A stretch of 32,000 nt of DNA from Vibrio vulnificus CMCP6. GTDB taxonomy: Bacteria > Pseudomonadota > Gammaproteobacteria > Enterobacterales > Vibrionaceae. The translations under genes and the position numbers were made by a program. The notes under the pieces were generated by a model. The model saw only the letters and a program-made list of their open reading frames with translations. It made no database searches and had not been told where the DNA came from. Numbering within the stretch: position 1 is the stretch's first letter; every line of letters starts with the position of its first letter. Positions 10,880 through 19,687 of this stretch are shown here, one piece after another. The stretch is from contig NC_004459.3 of NCBI RefSeq assembly GCF_000039765.1, forward strand, positions 600,001 to 632,000, in the 5' to 3' direction.

Positions 10880-11469
10880 TAGGCATCCCCCTCGTCAACA
10901 CCGATAAGGATCGTGGTATCGCTTAAATACATGTGCTTAGGTACCACTAAGTTCAAAGGTGCAGGAACGCCTTGGAACACGCGGCCTGCCATATCAAACT
11001 TAGAGCCGTGACATGGGCAGAAGAAGCCCGATTTCACGCCTTGCACTTGTTCTGCGAAAGAATCTGGCAGATAGGTTGGCGAACAACCTAGGTGTGTACA
11101 GAAACCGACCGCAACAAAAAACTCAGGTTTAATTGAGCGAAACTCGTTTTGAGCATAAGTTGGCTGTTGTTCCATCTCAGATTGAGGATCGCGTAGCTGA
11201 CCACCAATCGTTTTGAGGTTGTCGATAACTTCTTGGGTACGGCGTACAACCCATACAGGTTTACCTTGCCATTCCACACGAATCATCTGTCCGGCTTCAA
11301 TTTTACTAACATCCACTTCCACCGGCGCACCAGCAGCTTTCGCTTTGGCACTCGGATTCCATGATTTGATAAAAGGAACGGCGACGGCAGCTGCCCCTAA
11401 TCCACCAACAACTGCTGTTGTGGCGGTTAGAAAACGCCTGCGACCGTTATTTAAAGGCGCGTTGCTCAT
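10879..11469 (-). CDS. petA: Ubiquinol-cytochrome c reductase Rieske iron-sulfur subunit
   Basis: 196-aa ORF with twin-arginine-like NNGRRRFLTA N-terminus, Rieske motifs CTHLGC and CPCHGS. Confidence 0.98.
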   Translation of the reverse strand: MSNAPLNNGRRRFLTATTAVVGGLGAAAVAVPFIKSWNPSAKAKAAGAPVEVDVSKIEAGQMIRVEWQGKPVWVVRRTQEVIDNLKTIGGQLRDPQSEMEQQPTYAQNEFRSIKPEFFVAVGFCTHLGCSPTYLPDSFAEQVQGVKSGFFCPCHGSKFDMAGRVFQGVPAPLNLVVPKHMYLSDTTILIGVDEGDA

Positions 11470-11716
11470 CCAAACATTCTCCCATTTGCTCCTTTTGGAT
11501 CGTGATTATTCCGCTTATAGAGCATGGCTAACAAAATATGAATCTAGTTCTATTTATTGACGAGAAATGATAAATAAAACCCTACTTTTTGACAAGATAA
11601 AGCTACCTTTTTGTAACATTTGTGAGGTAAATCGCTCACGACGTCACAAAAGCGGCAAAATTCTAAATATTTGGTGTGAGATGTAACAAAGAAAGGAAAT
11701 AAGTAGCTATAAATAA

Positions 11717-11745
11717 ACAAAAAGCTCGGCATATAGCCGAGCTTT
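11717..11745 (-). terminator. Rho-independent terminator of the rplM-rpsI operon
   Basis: AAAGCTCGGC (11721-11730) ATATA GCCGAGCTTT (11736-11745), with a T-rich minus-strand tail. Confidence 0.9.
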
Positions 11746-11799
11746 GAACCACAACTTCCAGAAATAATTCTGGAGCGTAAATTTTTCGAAAACGAAAAA

Positions 11800-12192
11800 T
11801 TAACGCTTAGAGAATTGTGGACGACGACGTGCTTTACGTAGACCAACTTTCTTACGTTCAACGCAACGAGCGTCGCGAGTAACGTAGCCAGCTGCACGTA
11901 GAGCAGGACGTAGAGATTCATCGTATTCCATAAGAGCACGAGTGATGCCGTGACGGATTGCGCCAGCTTGACCAGAAATACCACCACCTTTAACAGTGAT
12001 GTATAGGTCTAGCTTCTCAACCATGTCTACCAATTCAAGAGGTTGTTTAACAACCATGCAAGAAGTTGGACGACCGAAGTACTCTTCAAGCGCACGCTTG
12101 TTGATTACGATGTTGCCGCTGCCTGGTTTGATGAAAACACGAGCAGCTGAGCTTTTGCGACGGCCAGTGCCGTAGTATTGATTCTCTGCCAT
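11800..12192 (-). CDS. rpsI: 30S ribosomal protein S9 (uS9)
   Basis: [24 protein letters not shown]...[12 protein letters not shown]. Start placed at 12192 instead of the upstream 12207. Confidence 0.98.
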   Translation of the reverse strand: MAENQYYGTGRRKSSAARVFIKPGSGNIVINKRALEEYFGRPTSCMVVKQPLELVDMVEKLDLYITVKGGGISGQAGAIRHGITRALMEYDESLRPALRAAGYVTRDARCVERKKVGLRKARRRPQFSKR

Positions 12193-12207
12193 TTCCGATA
12201 TCCCCAA

Positions 12208-12636
12208 TTAGATGTCTAGTACTTTTGGTTGTTGAGCAACATGGTTGTGCTCAGCGCCAGCGTAAACTTTTAGCTTACGGTACATAGCACGGCCTAGAGG
12301 ACCACGTGGTAGCATACCTTTAACCGCTAGCTCAATGACCATTTCTGGTTTACGAACAATCAGCTTGTCAAAAGTGATTGACTTAATACCACCAGGGAAT
12401 TCAGTGTGACGGTAGTAAGTTTTTGCTGCAGCTTTGTTACCAGTTACAGTAACTTTCTCCGCGTTGATAACGATGATGTAATCACCAGTGTCAACGTGTG
12501 GAGTGTACTCAGCTTTGTGTTTGCCACGTAGGCGAGATGCAATTTCACTTGCTAGACGGCCAAGAGTTTTACCTTCAGCGTCTACAACGTACCAGTCGCG
12601 TTTTACAGTTTCTGGTTTAGCAACGAAAGTTTTCAT
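12208..12636 (-). CDS. rplM: 50S ribosomal protein L13 (uL13)
   Basis: 142-aa [33 protein letters not shown]... Confidence 0.99.
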   Translation of the reverse strand: MKTFVAKPETVKRDWYVVDAEGKTLGRLASEIASRLRGKHKAEYTPHVDTGDYIIVINAEKVTVTGNKAAAKTYYRHTEFPGGIKSITFDKLIVRKPEMVIELAVKGMLPRGPLGRAMYRKLKVYAGAEHNHVAQQPKVLDI

Positions 12637-12808
12637 GCTAATAATAACCCGTTAATTCAAATTTAAACTTTAAAGGAACACACCGCTGTGCTCCCACACT
12701 GTCTAAGAGCCCAGTCATCACCCCTTCGAGCGGTTGGCACTCTCGACCTTATATCTCGAATAACTTCGATAAATTAGGTCTGCAGTAACGGTGGGTCGCA
12801 GGATTATA
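12637..12808 (-). promoter_or_regulatory. Promoter -10 and structured 5' leader of rplM-rpsI
   Basis: Minus-strand TATAAT at 12808-12803. A 36-nt imperfect hairpin lies at 12745-12780 (13 of 16 positions pair). The long-range complement CCGCT (12683-12687) / AGCGG (12729-12733) is also present. Confidence 0.6.
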
Positions 12809-12887
12809 GAGAAGAGCGAAGAAAAAATCACCTTTTTTTGCACTCAATCACTAATTTTTTCGTCACGTCTTTCTCCCAATAAACAAT

Positions 12888-13991
12888 CTAAGCCAGATGT
12901 TCTCTCGCTAAGTACTCATGACTTTGCATTTCCACTAAACGAGATTGACAACGCTTAAACTCAAACTCCAATTGCCCTTGCAGATAGAGTTGTTCTAGTG
13001 CGACTTCCGCCGAAATAATCAATTTAACGTGTCGCTCGTAAAACTCATCCACGAGGGCGATAAATCGCCGCGCGGCATCATCGATCTTATTGTCCATTTG
13101 TGGCACATCCGCCAACAACACCGTGTGATAGATTTTGGACAGTTCAATATAGTCATTTTGACTGCGTGCGGTTTGGCATAGCTGGGCGAACGTAGCATGC
13201 AGTACCCCATCACTGGCCTCTATAACGGCTATTTGGCGATGATTGATGTCAACACTGTGTAATTTGGCTTTGCCCTCTCCGACTAACTGCTGATAGTAGA
13301 GATTTAGATTGAGATTTGCCTGCTCATCCAATGGATAATGATAGATCTCTGCTTGCTCTAACGTTCGTAGACGATAGTCAATACCACTATCCACATTGAG
13401 CACTTCACAGTGTTGCTCAATCAAAGCGATAGCAGGCAAAAAGCGCGCTCTCTGTAATCCATTACGATATAGCTCTTGAGGTACAATGTTCGACGTCGCC
13501 ACCAGTATCATTTGACGCCTAAACATCGCCTGCATCAGCGTGCCGAGAATCATCGCATCGGTAATATCCGAAACAAAAAACTCATCAAAGCAGACAATAT
13601 CCGCCTCTTTCTTAAACACATCAGCCACTTTTTCCAGTGGATTTTCTACATCACCTAACCGTTTCAGTTCATCGTGAACTCGATACATAAAGCGATGAAA
13701 ATGGACGCGCATTTTGCGTTGAGTTGGCAAAGCCTCAAAAAAAGTATCCATGAGATACGTTTTTCCACGCCCAACACCACCCCAAAAATAGAGTCCTTGA
13801 GGTGGTAATTTGGCTGGCGGCTGTTTGCCTAATAATTTTTGCCAACGCGTTTGTTGCGGTTGAGGCTGGGCACAATAATCGAGATATTGATGAAAAAGCC
13901 TATCTAGTGCTCGCACTGCATTGTACTGAGCAGCGTCTTTCTGGAATCCGTTATGCGCGAGGTCGTGTTCGTATTTTTCTAATGGGCTCAT
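12888..13991 (-). CDS. zapE: Cell division protein ZapE (AFG1-like ATPase)
   Basis: Walker A GGVGRGKTYLMD, CFDEFFVSDITDAMIL, AFG1-like architecture. Start assigned at 13991 (MSPLEKYEHDL), track ORF to 14015. Confidence 0.95.
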   Translation of the reverse strand: MSPLEKYEHDLAHNGFQKDAAQYNAVRALDRLFHQYLDYCAQPQPQQTRWQKLLGKQPPAKLPPQGLYFWGGVGRGKTYLMDTFFEALPTQRKMRVHFHRFMYRVHDELKRLGDVENPLEKVADVFKKEADIVCFDEFFVSDITDAMILGTLMQAMFRRQMILVATSNIVPQELYRNGLQRARFLPAIALIEQHCEVLNVDSGIDYRLRTLEQAEIYHYPLDEQANLNLNLYYQQLVGEGKAKLHSVDINHRQIAVIEASDGVLHATFAQLCQTARSQNDYIELSKIYHTVLLADVPQMDNKIDDAARRFIALVDEFYERHVKLIISAEVALEQLYLQGQLEFEFKRCQSRLVEMQSHEYLAREHLA

Positions 13992-14150
13992 TGTTCTCAT
14001 ACCAAAACAGGGCATAAAATCCCGTTATCAAACTTGAGATTGTGTCGTTGCTATTTTGCTTTATTGACTACTGCTCCCATAGTAACATGGTGGCGCAATA
14101 CGTGTAACTAAGCAGTAAATAACATGTTAAAACCATTATAAGGAGCTGTT

Positions 14151-14600
14151 ATGCCTTGGATGTATGCCATTGTGGGCTTGCTTGTCGGAGCAATTGTTGG
14201 TGTTGTCGTATCACGACTTACCACGCCAGAATATAAAAAACAGAAGAACATCAAAAAAGAGCTCGATGTAGCAAAATATGAACTAGAGCAACAACGCCAA
14301 GAGCTGATTGATCACTTCTCCCAAACCGCTGAGCTACTCGAAACACTCGGTAAAGATTACAGCAAGCTATATCAGCATATGGCGAAGACTTCGGCAGAGC
14401 TTCTACCGAACCTGCCAGCGCAAGACAATCCATTTGATAAAGTGGCACTGTCGGCGAAAGAAGATAACACCGAAGAAAATGTAACGGATGAAGTCACTGA
14501 ACAGCCAAAAGATTACGCTAACGGCGCAACTGGGCTATTCAATGATCAGAAAAAAGTCATCCTAGATGCACCAGAAGCCATCACTGCAAAAGCATCCTAA
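14151..14600 (+). CDS. zapG: Z-ring associated protein ZapG (YhcB / DUF1043 family)
   Basis: 149-aa ORF, N-terminal TM (YAIVGLLVGAIVGVVVSRL), coiled coil ELDVAKYELEQQRQELIDHF, between zapE and the degQ-like gene. Confidence 0.9.
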   Translation: MPWMYAIVGLLVGAIVGVVVSRLTTPEYKKQKNIKKELDVAKYELEQQRQELIDHFSQTAELLETLGKDYSKLYQHMAKTSAELLPNLPAQDNPFDKVALSAKEDNTEENVTDEVTEQPKDYANGATGLFNDQKKVILDAPEAITAKAS

Positions 14601-14614
14601 TTTTTCTCATTGAT

Positions 14615-14641
14615 GAACTTTTCAAAGGTTTTTGAGTCCTA
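14615..14641 (+). promoter_or_regulatory. Candidate sigma-E promoter upstream of the degQ-like gene
   Basis: GAACTT (14615-14620), 16-nt spacer, TCCTA (14637-14641), compared with the GAACTT-N16-TCTGA consensus. Confidence 0.35.
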
Positions 14642-14756
14642 ACTCACATCACTGTCTATTGAAAACTGTTTAAGACGACAATATTGATAGGAAGTAAACC
14701 TATTTTGTTTGAGTCTCTGTCCTTTGCAATAGACTGGTATTTATAGGAGTTATTGG

Positions 14757-16124
14757 ATGAAAAAACCTTTGCTTGTTTTGACTGCATTGTCTTTGAGCTT
14801 AAGCTCAGCCCTTGCCCCTCTTCCAGCAACCGCCGCACTGCCTTTTAGCGTCAGTGGACAGGAGTTGCCGAGCTTAGCGCCAATGCTCGAACGTGTTACC
14901 CCTGCGGTCGTCAGTATCGCGGTTGAAGGTAAACAGGTAGAACGCTCGCGTATTCCCGATCAATTTCAATTCTTTTTTGGTCCTGATTTCCCAACAGAAC
15001 AAGTTCGTGAACGTCCATTCCGTGGTTTAGGTTCTGGTGTCATCATTAATGCCAATAAAGGCTATATCGTGACGAACTACCACGTCATCAAAGGCGCTGA
15101 TGAGATACGAATTCAGCTTCACGATGGTCGTGAATACGATGCCGAGTTAATTGGTGGCGATGAGATGTCCGATGTTGCTCTGCTTAAAGTCGATGGCGCT
15201 AAAGACTTAACCGAGATTAAGCTCGCCGATTCCGACAAGTTACGTGTGGGTGATTTCAGCGTCGCCATTGGTAACCCATTTGGTTTGGGACAGACAGTGA
15301 CGTCCGGCATTGTTTCAGCCTTAGGTCGTAGTGGTTTGAACATTGAAAACTTCGAAAACTTTATTCAAACCGACGCGGCAATTAACAGCGGCAACTCCGG
15401 TGGTGCGCTCGTCAACCTCAATGGTGAACTGATCGGCATCAATACGGCGATTCTCGGCCCCAATGGCGGCAACGTTGGTATTGGCTTCGCCATTCCATCG
15501 AATATGATGAAGAACTTAACTGACCAAATCTTGGAATTTGGTGAAGTCAAACGTGGCATGTTAGGCGTTCAAGGTGGCGAAATCACCTCTGAGCTGGCTG
15601 AGGCGCTGGGCTATAACTCGAGCAAAGGTGCATTTGTCAGCCAAGTGGTTCCTGACTCCGCCGCAGATAAAGCCGGCATCAAGGCGGGCGACATCATTGT
15701 GTCTCTCAATGGTAAGAAAATCGATACCTTCTCTGAGCTAAGAGCCAAAATTGCAACACTCGGGGCTGGCAAAGAAATCGAGCTTGGCGTGGTGCGTGAT
15801 GGTAAGGATAAGCGCTTTGATGTCACTTTGGGTGAGTCGCAACAAACCAAGGCCAAAGCCGATAAAATGCACGAAGGCCTTGCTGGTGCTGAGTTGGCTA
15901 ATACCACGTCAGACGATCGCATTGCTGGCGTTAAAGTGATCAACGTGGCAGATAACTCGCCAGCGGCACAATACCAGTTACAAAAAGACGACATCATTAT
16001 CGGTGTCAACCGTCAGCGAGTGAAAAATCTCGCCGATTTCCGTGCCATTGTTGAAAAACAAACTGGTGTGCTTGCGCTCAATATCCAACGTGGTGAGCGC
16101 ACTATCTATTTAGTCATTCGCTAA
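14757..16124 (+). CDS. degQ: Periplasmic Do-family serine endoprotease (DegQ by synteny with degS; sometimes annotated DegP)
   Basis: 455-aa ORF, signal peptide, catalytic triad contexts NYHV / SDVALLK / GNSGGAL, two PDZ domains. Confidence 0.93.
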   Translation: MKKPLLVLTALSLSLSSALAPLPATAALPFSVSGQELPSLAPMLERVTPAVVSIAVEGKQVERSRIPDQFQFFFGPDFPTEQVRERPFRGLGSGVIINANKGYIVTNYHVIKGADEIRIQLHDGREYDAELIGGDEMSDVALLKVDGAKDLTEIKLADSDKLRVGDFSVAIGNPFGLGQTVTSGIVSALGRSGLNIENFENFIQTDAAINSGNSGGALVNLNGELIGINTAILGPNGGNVGIGFAIPSNMMKNLTDQILEFGEVKRGMLGVQGGEITSELAEALGYNSSKGAFVSQVVPDSAADKAGIKAGDIIVSLNGKKIDTFSELRAKIATLGAGKEIELGVVRDGKDKRFDVTLGESQQTKAKADKMHEGLAGAELANTTSDDRIAGVKVINVADNSPAAQYQLQKDDIIIGVNRQRVKNLADFRAIVEKQTGVLALNIQRGERTIYLVIR

Positions 16125-16158
16125 GTAAACATATCGCCTCAATGATGATCGAGCATAC

Positions 16159-16192
16159 AAAGGGCAGTCCTAAAGTGGGCTGCCCTTTTATT
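16159..16192 (+). terminator. Probable terminator downstream of the degQ-like gene
   Basis: GC-rich GGGCAG...CTGCC inverted repeat followed by a T-run. Confidence 0.7.
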
Positions 16193-16255
16193 ATTCAATC
16201 AGGTAATGCTATTCTCTGCTTTCTGTTCTAACTTTGTGACTTCTGTGGAGAGGGC

Positions 16256-17323
16256 ATGCTCAACTTTCTTATGCGTTCCGTCGTTTTAGGGCTGGTGACA
16301 GCTTTGCTGGTGTTACTCGCTGTTCCCTCTCTTCGTAGTAATGTGATTACAACCACGCTGGATGTATCACCACAAGATGCCAGTTCTCTGCAAATCTCAT
16401 TTAATCAGGCGGTGAGAAATGCTGCGCCTGCAGTGGTCAATATTTACAGCCGAAAATACGTTGAAAACGACCGTAGCAAGCTGTCAACGCAAGGGTTGGG
16501 TTCTGGTGTCATCGTCAGTGAAAAAGGCTATATCATTACCAACTACCATGTGGTCGCCCAAGCCGATCAAATCGTTGTGGCGTTGCAAGATGGCCGAGTC
16601 GCCGCCGCGCAATTGGTGGGCAAAGATCGTCGCACTGACATCGCCATTTTGCGCATAGAAGGCAACAACTTACCTGTCATTCCATTAAATTCAAACTACA
16701 AAGCCAAAGTTGGCGATGTGGTGTTGGCGATAGGTAATCCCTATAACCTCGGGCAAACCACCACCTTTGGCATTATTTCGGCCACTGGCCGCTCTTCCAT
16801 CAGTGCCGATGGCAGACAAGCTTTTATTCAGACCGATGCTGCGATCAACGAAGGCAACTCAGGTGGTGCTTTAGTCAATACCAAAGGCGAGCTGGTTGGT
16901 ATCAACACCGCCTCTTTTCAGCAAGCCACTGATCTGGAAACTTATGGTATTTCTTTCGCCATCCCTTTCCCTCTGGCAAATAAAATCATGGAAAAGATCA
17001 TTGCCGATGGCCGAGTGATCCGAGGTTATATTGGTATTGATGGGCAAGACATTAATGCGGTGACTGCACGTTTGCTTGGCAATGAACATATTGGTGGTAT
17101 CGTCGTATTGGGCGTCGATCCCAACGGCCCGGCAGCAAACGCCGGTTTTGAAGCACAAGACATTATCTTAAGTATTGATGACAAGAAGATCCAAGGTCGT
17201 CAGAGTGTGATGGATATTGTGACCGACCTACGTCCGGGGACAACCGTCGATGTCGGTATCATCCGCAAAGGACAAGAGATGACTCTCAAAGTGACGATTG
17301 CGGAAGATAACCGAGAAATCTAA
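16256..17323 (+). CDS. degS: Outer-membrane-stress sensor serine endopeptidase DegS
   Basis: 355-aa ORF, N-terminal TM anchor, NYHVV, TDIAILR, EGNSGGAL, single PDZ domain. Confidence 0.96.
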   Translation: MLNFLMRSVVLGLVTALLVLLAVPSLRSNVITTTLDVSPQDASSLQISFNQAVRNAAPAVVNIYSRKYVENDRSKLSTQGLGSGVIVSEKGYIITNYHVVAQADQIVVALQDGRVAAAQLVGKDRRTDIAILRIEGNNLPVIPLNSNYKAKVGDVVLAIGNPYNLGQTTTFGIISATGRSSISADGRQAFIQTDAAINEGNSGGALVNTKGELVGINTASFQQATDLETYGISFAIPFPLANKIMEKIIADGRVIRGYIGIDGQDINAVTARLLGNEHIGGIVVLGVDPNGPAANAGFEAQDIILSIDDKKIQGRQSVMDIVTDLRPGTTVDVGIIRKGQEMTLKVTIAEDNREI

Positions 17324-17353
17324 TCTCAATCCAAACGATGCAATCCGAGTGAT

Positions 17354-17389
17354 AAAAAGAACCCCAAGACTAGGCTTGGGGTTCTTTTT
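17354..17389. terminator. Bidirectional terminator between convergent degS and parC
   Basis: Perfect 15-bp repeat AAAAAGAACCCCAAG (17354-17368) / CTTGGGGTTCTTTTT (17375-17389). Confidence 0.96.
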
Positions 17390-17398
17390 CTGCTTCTA

Positions 17399-19684
17399 TT
17401 ACGCGTCAGTAGCCGTTTCTGAGCCATCCGATGAGTCACTTTGCTCGAGCTCAATACGAGTGACTCGCTGCAAGCCACGTGGCAATAAACCACCTCGACG
17501 GCCTCGCTCTCCACGGAAGTTATCCAGATCAGCAGGCTTCAAGCCCAACTTACGTTTGCCTGCATACAGCGTCAGTGAAGCGCCTTTTGGCAAAGCAATC
17601 AAATGCGACAGGATCTCTTCTTTCGCTTTGGCTTTCGCCGCTGGAATATTGATGATCTTATTCCCTTTACCCTTACCCAGTTGTGGCAAGTCTTTAATTG
17701 GGAACATCAACATACGGCCTTGGTTGGTAATGGCAAGAATATCGTCATTGTCCAGATCCAATACCGCCGATGGGGTCATCACTTCTGCGTTTTCAGGCAA
17801 CGACACCAGCGCTTTACCACTGCGGTTTTTCGACAACAAATCACTGCCTTTACACACGAAGCCGTAACCCGCATCAGAGCCAATCAGCCACAGCTGTTCT
17901 TCTTCACCCATGATCACTTGGCGAATACTGCTTCCTGGCGTGATGTTGAGGCGGCCAGTAATCGGCTCACCTTGACCGCGAGCCGAAGGCAGTGTGTGCG
18001 ATTCTAATGAGTAACTGCGGCCATCTGAACCAAGCAGTACCGCTTGCTGGTTACTCTTACCACACGCATGCGCCAGATAGCTGTCACCCGCTTTGTAGCT
18101 CAGCCCCTGACAATCCACTTCATGACCTTTGGCGTGACGAATCCAACCTTTCTCTGACAAGACAACGGTGATCGCTTCATTCGGCATCAGGTCACGTTCA
18201 GTCAGTGCTTTCGCTTCTTCACGAACCACTAGCGGAGAACGGCGATCATCACCAAATTTCTCGGCATCGGCACGGATCTCTTTTTTCAGCAAGGTATTCA
18301 GACGACGCTCAGAACCCAGTAACTCTTCCAGCTTCTTACGTTCTTTTTCCAGCTCATCTTGTTCACCGCGGATCTTCATCTCTTCCAATTTGGCTAAGTG
18401 ACGAAGTTTGGTATCCAGAATCGCATCGGCTTGAATATCGGTAATGCCAAATCTGGCCATCAATACCGCTTTAGGATCGTCTTCTGTACGAATGATCTCA
18501 ATCACCTCATCGATGTTGAGATACGCGATCAACAAACCTTCCAAGATGTGCAAGCGAGCCAGCACTTTATCAAGACGGTATTGCAAGCGTGAACGTACCG
18601 TTTCGCGACGGAAAGTGATCCATTCCGTCAAAATCTGCACCAAGCCTTTCACTTGTGGGCGGTTGTCGAGACCAATCATGTTTAAGTTAACACGATAGCT
18701 CTTCTCCAAATCAGTGGACGCAAACAAGTGGTTCATTAACTGGTCGCAATCAACGCGATTTGAGCGCGGTACAATCACAATACGAGTTGGGTTTTCGTGG
18801 TCAGACTCATCACGCAAGTCTTCCACCATTGGCAATTTTTTCGCGCGCATTTGCGCAGCAATTTGCTCAAGCAGCTTGGCCCCTGAGACTTGATGTGGGA
18901 GCGCCGTGATAACGATGTCACTGCCCTCTTTGCACCAAACCGCGCGCATTTTCACGCTGCCACGGCCACTGCGGTACATTTTTTCCAGATCGCTACTTGG
19001 GGTAATAATCTCTGCTTCTGTCGGGAAATCAGGCCCTTTGACGTACTGCATTAAATCCATCAGCGGTGCAGCTGGATTATCAATCAAATGAATGGTGGCA
19101 TCCGCAACTTCACGTACGTTATGAGGAGGAATGTCCGTCGCCATACCCACCGCAATGCCTGTCACACCATTGAGAAGGATGTGAGGCAAACGTGCTGGCA
19201 GCATTTTTGGCTCTTTCATCGTGCCATCAAAGTTAGGCTGCCACTCGACCGTGCCTTGACCAAGCTCTCCCAGAAGCACATCGGCAAATTTCGACAATTT
19301 GGCTTCGGTATAACGCATCGCAGCGAAGGATTTCGGATCATCCGGCGCCCCCCAGTTACCTTGACCGTCCACCAACGGATAGCGGTATGAGAATGGCTGT
19401 GCCATCAGAACCATCGCTTCATAACACGCAGAGTCGCCATGCGGATGGTACTTACCCAACACGTCACCCACGGTACGCGCTGATTTTTTATATTTTGCCG
19501 CCGCCGAAAGCCCAAGCTCCGACATCGCGTAGATAATACGTCGTTGAACCGGTTTCAGACCGTCACCAATATAAGGCAACGCACGATCCATAATGACGTA
19601 CATCGAATAGTTTAGATAAGCATCTTCGGTGAACTTGCGCATTGGCAATTGTTCGACGCCATCATAAGTAATTTCTGTAGACAT
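17399..19684 (-). CDS. parC: DNA topoisomerase IV subunit A
   Basis: 761-aa ORF with [34 protein letters not shown], active-site Tyr context [11 protein letters not shown]. Confidence 0.99.
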   Translation of the reverse strand: MSTEITYDGVEQLPMRKFTEDAYLNYSMYVIMDRALPYIGDGLKPVQRRIIYAMSELGLSAAAKYKKSARTVGDVLGKYHPHGDSACYEAMVLMAQPFSYRYPLVDGQGNWGAPDDPKSFAAMRYTEAKLSKFADVLLGELGQGTVEWQPNFDGTMKEPKMLPARLPHILLNGVTGIAVGMATDIPPHNVREVADATIHLIDNPAAPLMDLMQYVKGPDFPTEAEIITPSSDLEKMYRSGRGSVKMRAVWCKEGSDIVITALPHQVSGAKLLEQIAAQMRAKKLPMVEDLRDESDHENPTRIVIVPRSNRVDCDQLMNHLFASTDLEKSYRVNLNMIGLDNRPQVKGLVQILTEWITFRRETVRSRLQYRLDKVLARLHILEGLLIAYLNIDEVIEIIRTEDDPKAVLMARFGITDIQADAILDTKLRHLAKLEEMKIRGEQDELEKERKKLEELLGSERRLNTLLKKEIRADAEKFGDDRRSPLVVREEAKALTERDLMPNEAITVVLSEKGWIRHAKGHEVDCQGLSYKAGDSYLAHACGKSNQQAVLLGSDGRSYSLESHTLPSARGQGEPITGRLNITPGSSIRQVIMGEEEQLWLIGSDAGYGFVCKGSDLLSKNRSGKALVSLPENAEVMTPSAVLDLDNDDILAITNQGRMLMFPIKDLPQLGKGKGNKIINIPAAKAKAKEEILSHLIALPKGASLTLYAGKRKLGLKPADLDNFRGERGRRGGLLPRGLQRVTRIELEQSDSSDGSETATDA

Positions 19685-19687
19685 CTA

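Noticed and set aside
11621-11640. TGTGAGGTAAATCGCTCACG, CRP-site-like palindrome upstream of petA
   Set aside because: The half-sites are about 10 nt (or 8 nt) apart instead of the 6 nt expected for TGTGA-N6-TCACA, so it was not called as a CRP site.
11550-11987. 145-aa plus-strand ORF
   Set aside because: It overlaps the rpsI terminator and runs antisense into rpsI; composition is AT-driven and there is no recognisable ribosome site or domain.
17603-18007. 134-aa plus-strand ORF inside parC
   Set aside because: Shadow ORF antisense to a highly conserved coding region. The same applies to other short ORFs opposite parC, parE, glnE and the MCP (for example 20068-20508, 30789-31175, 31012-31380).
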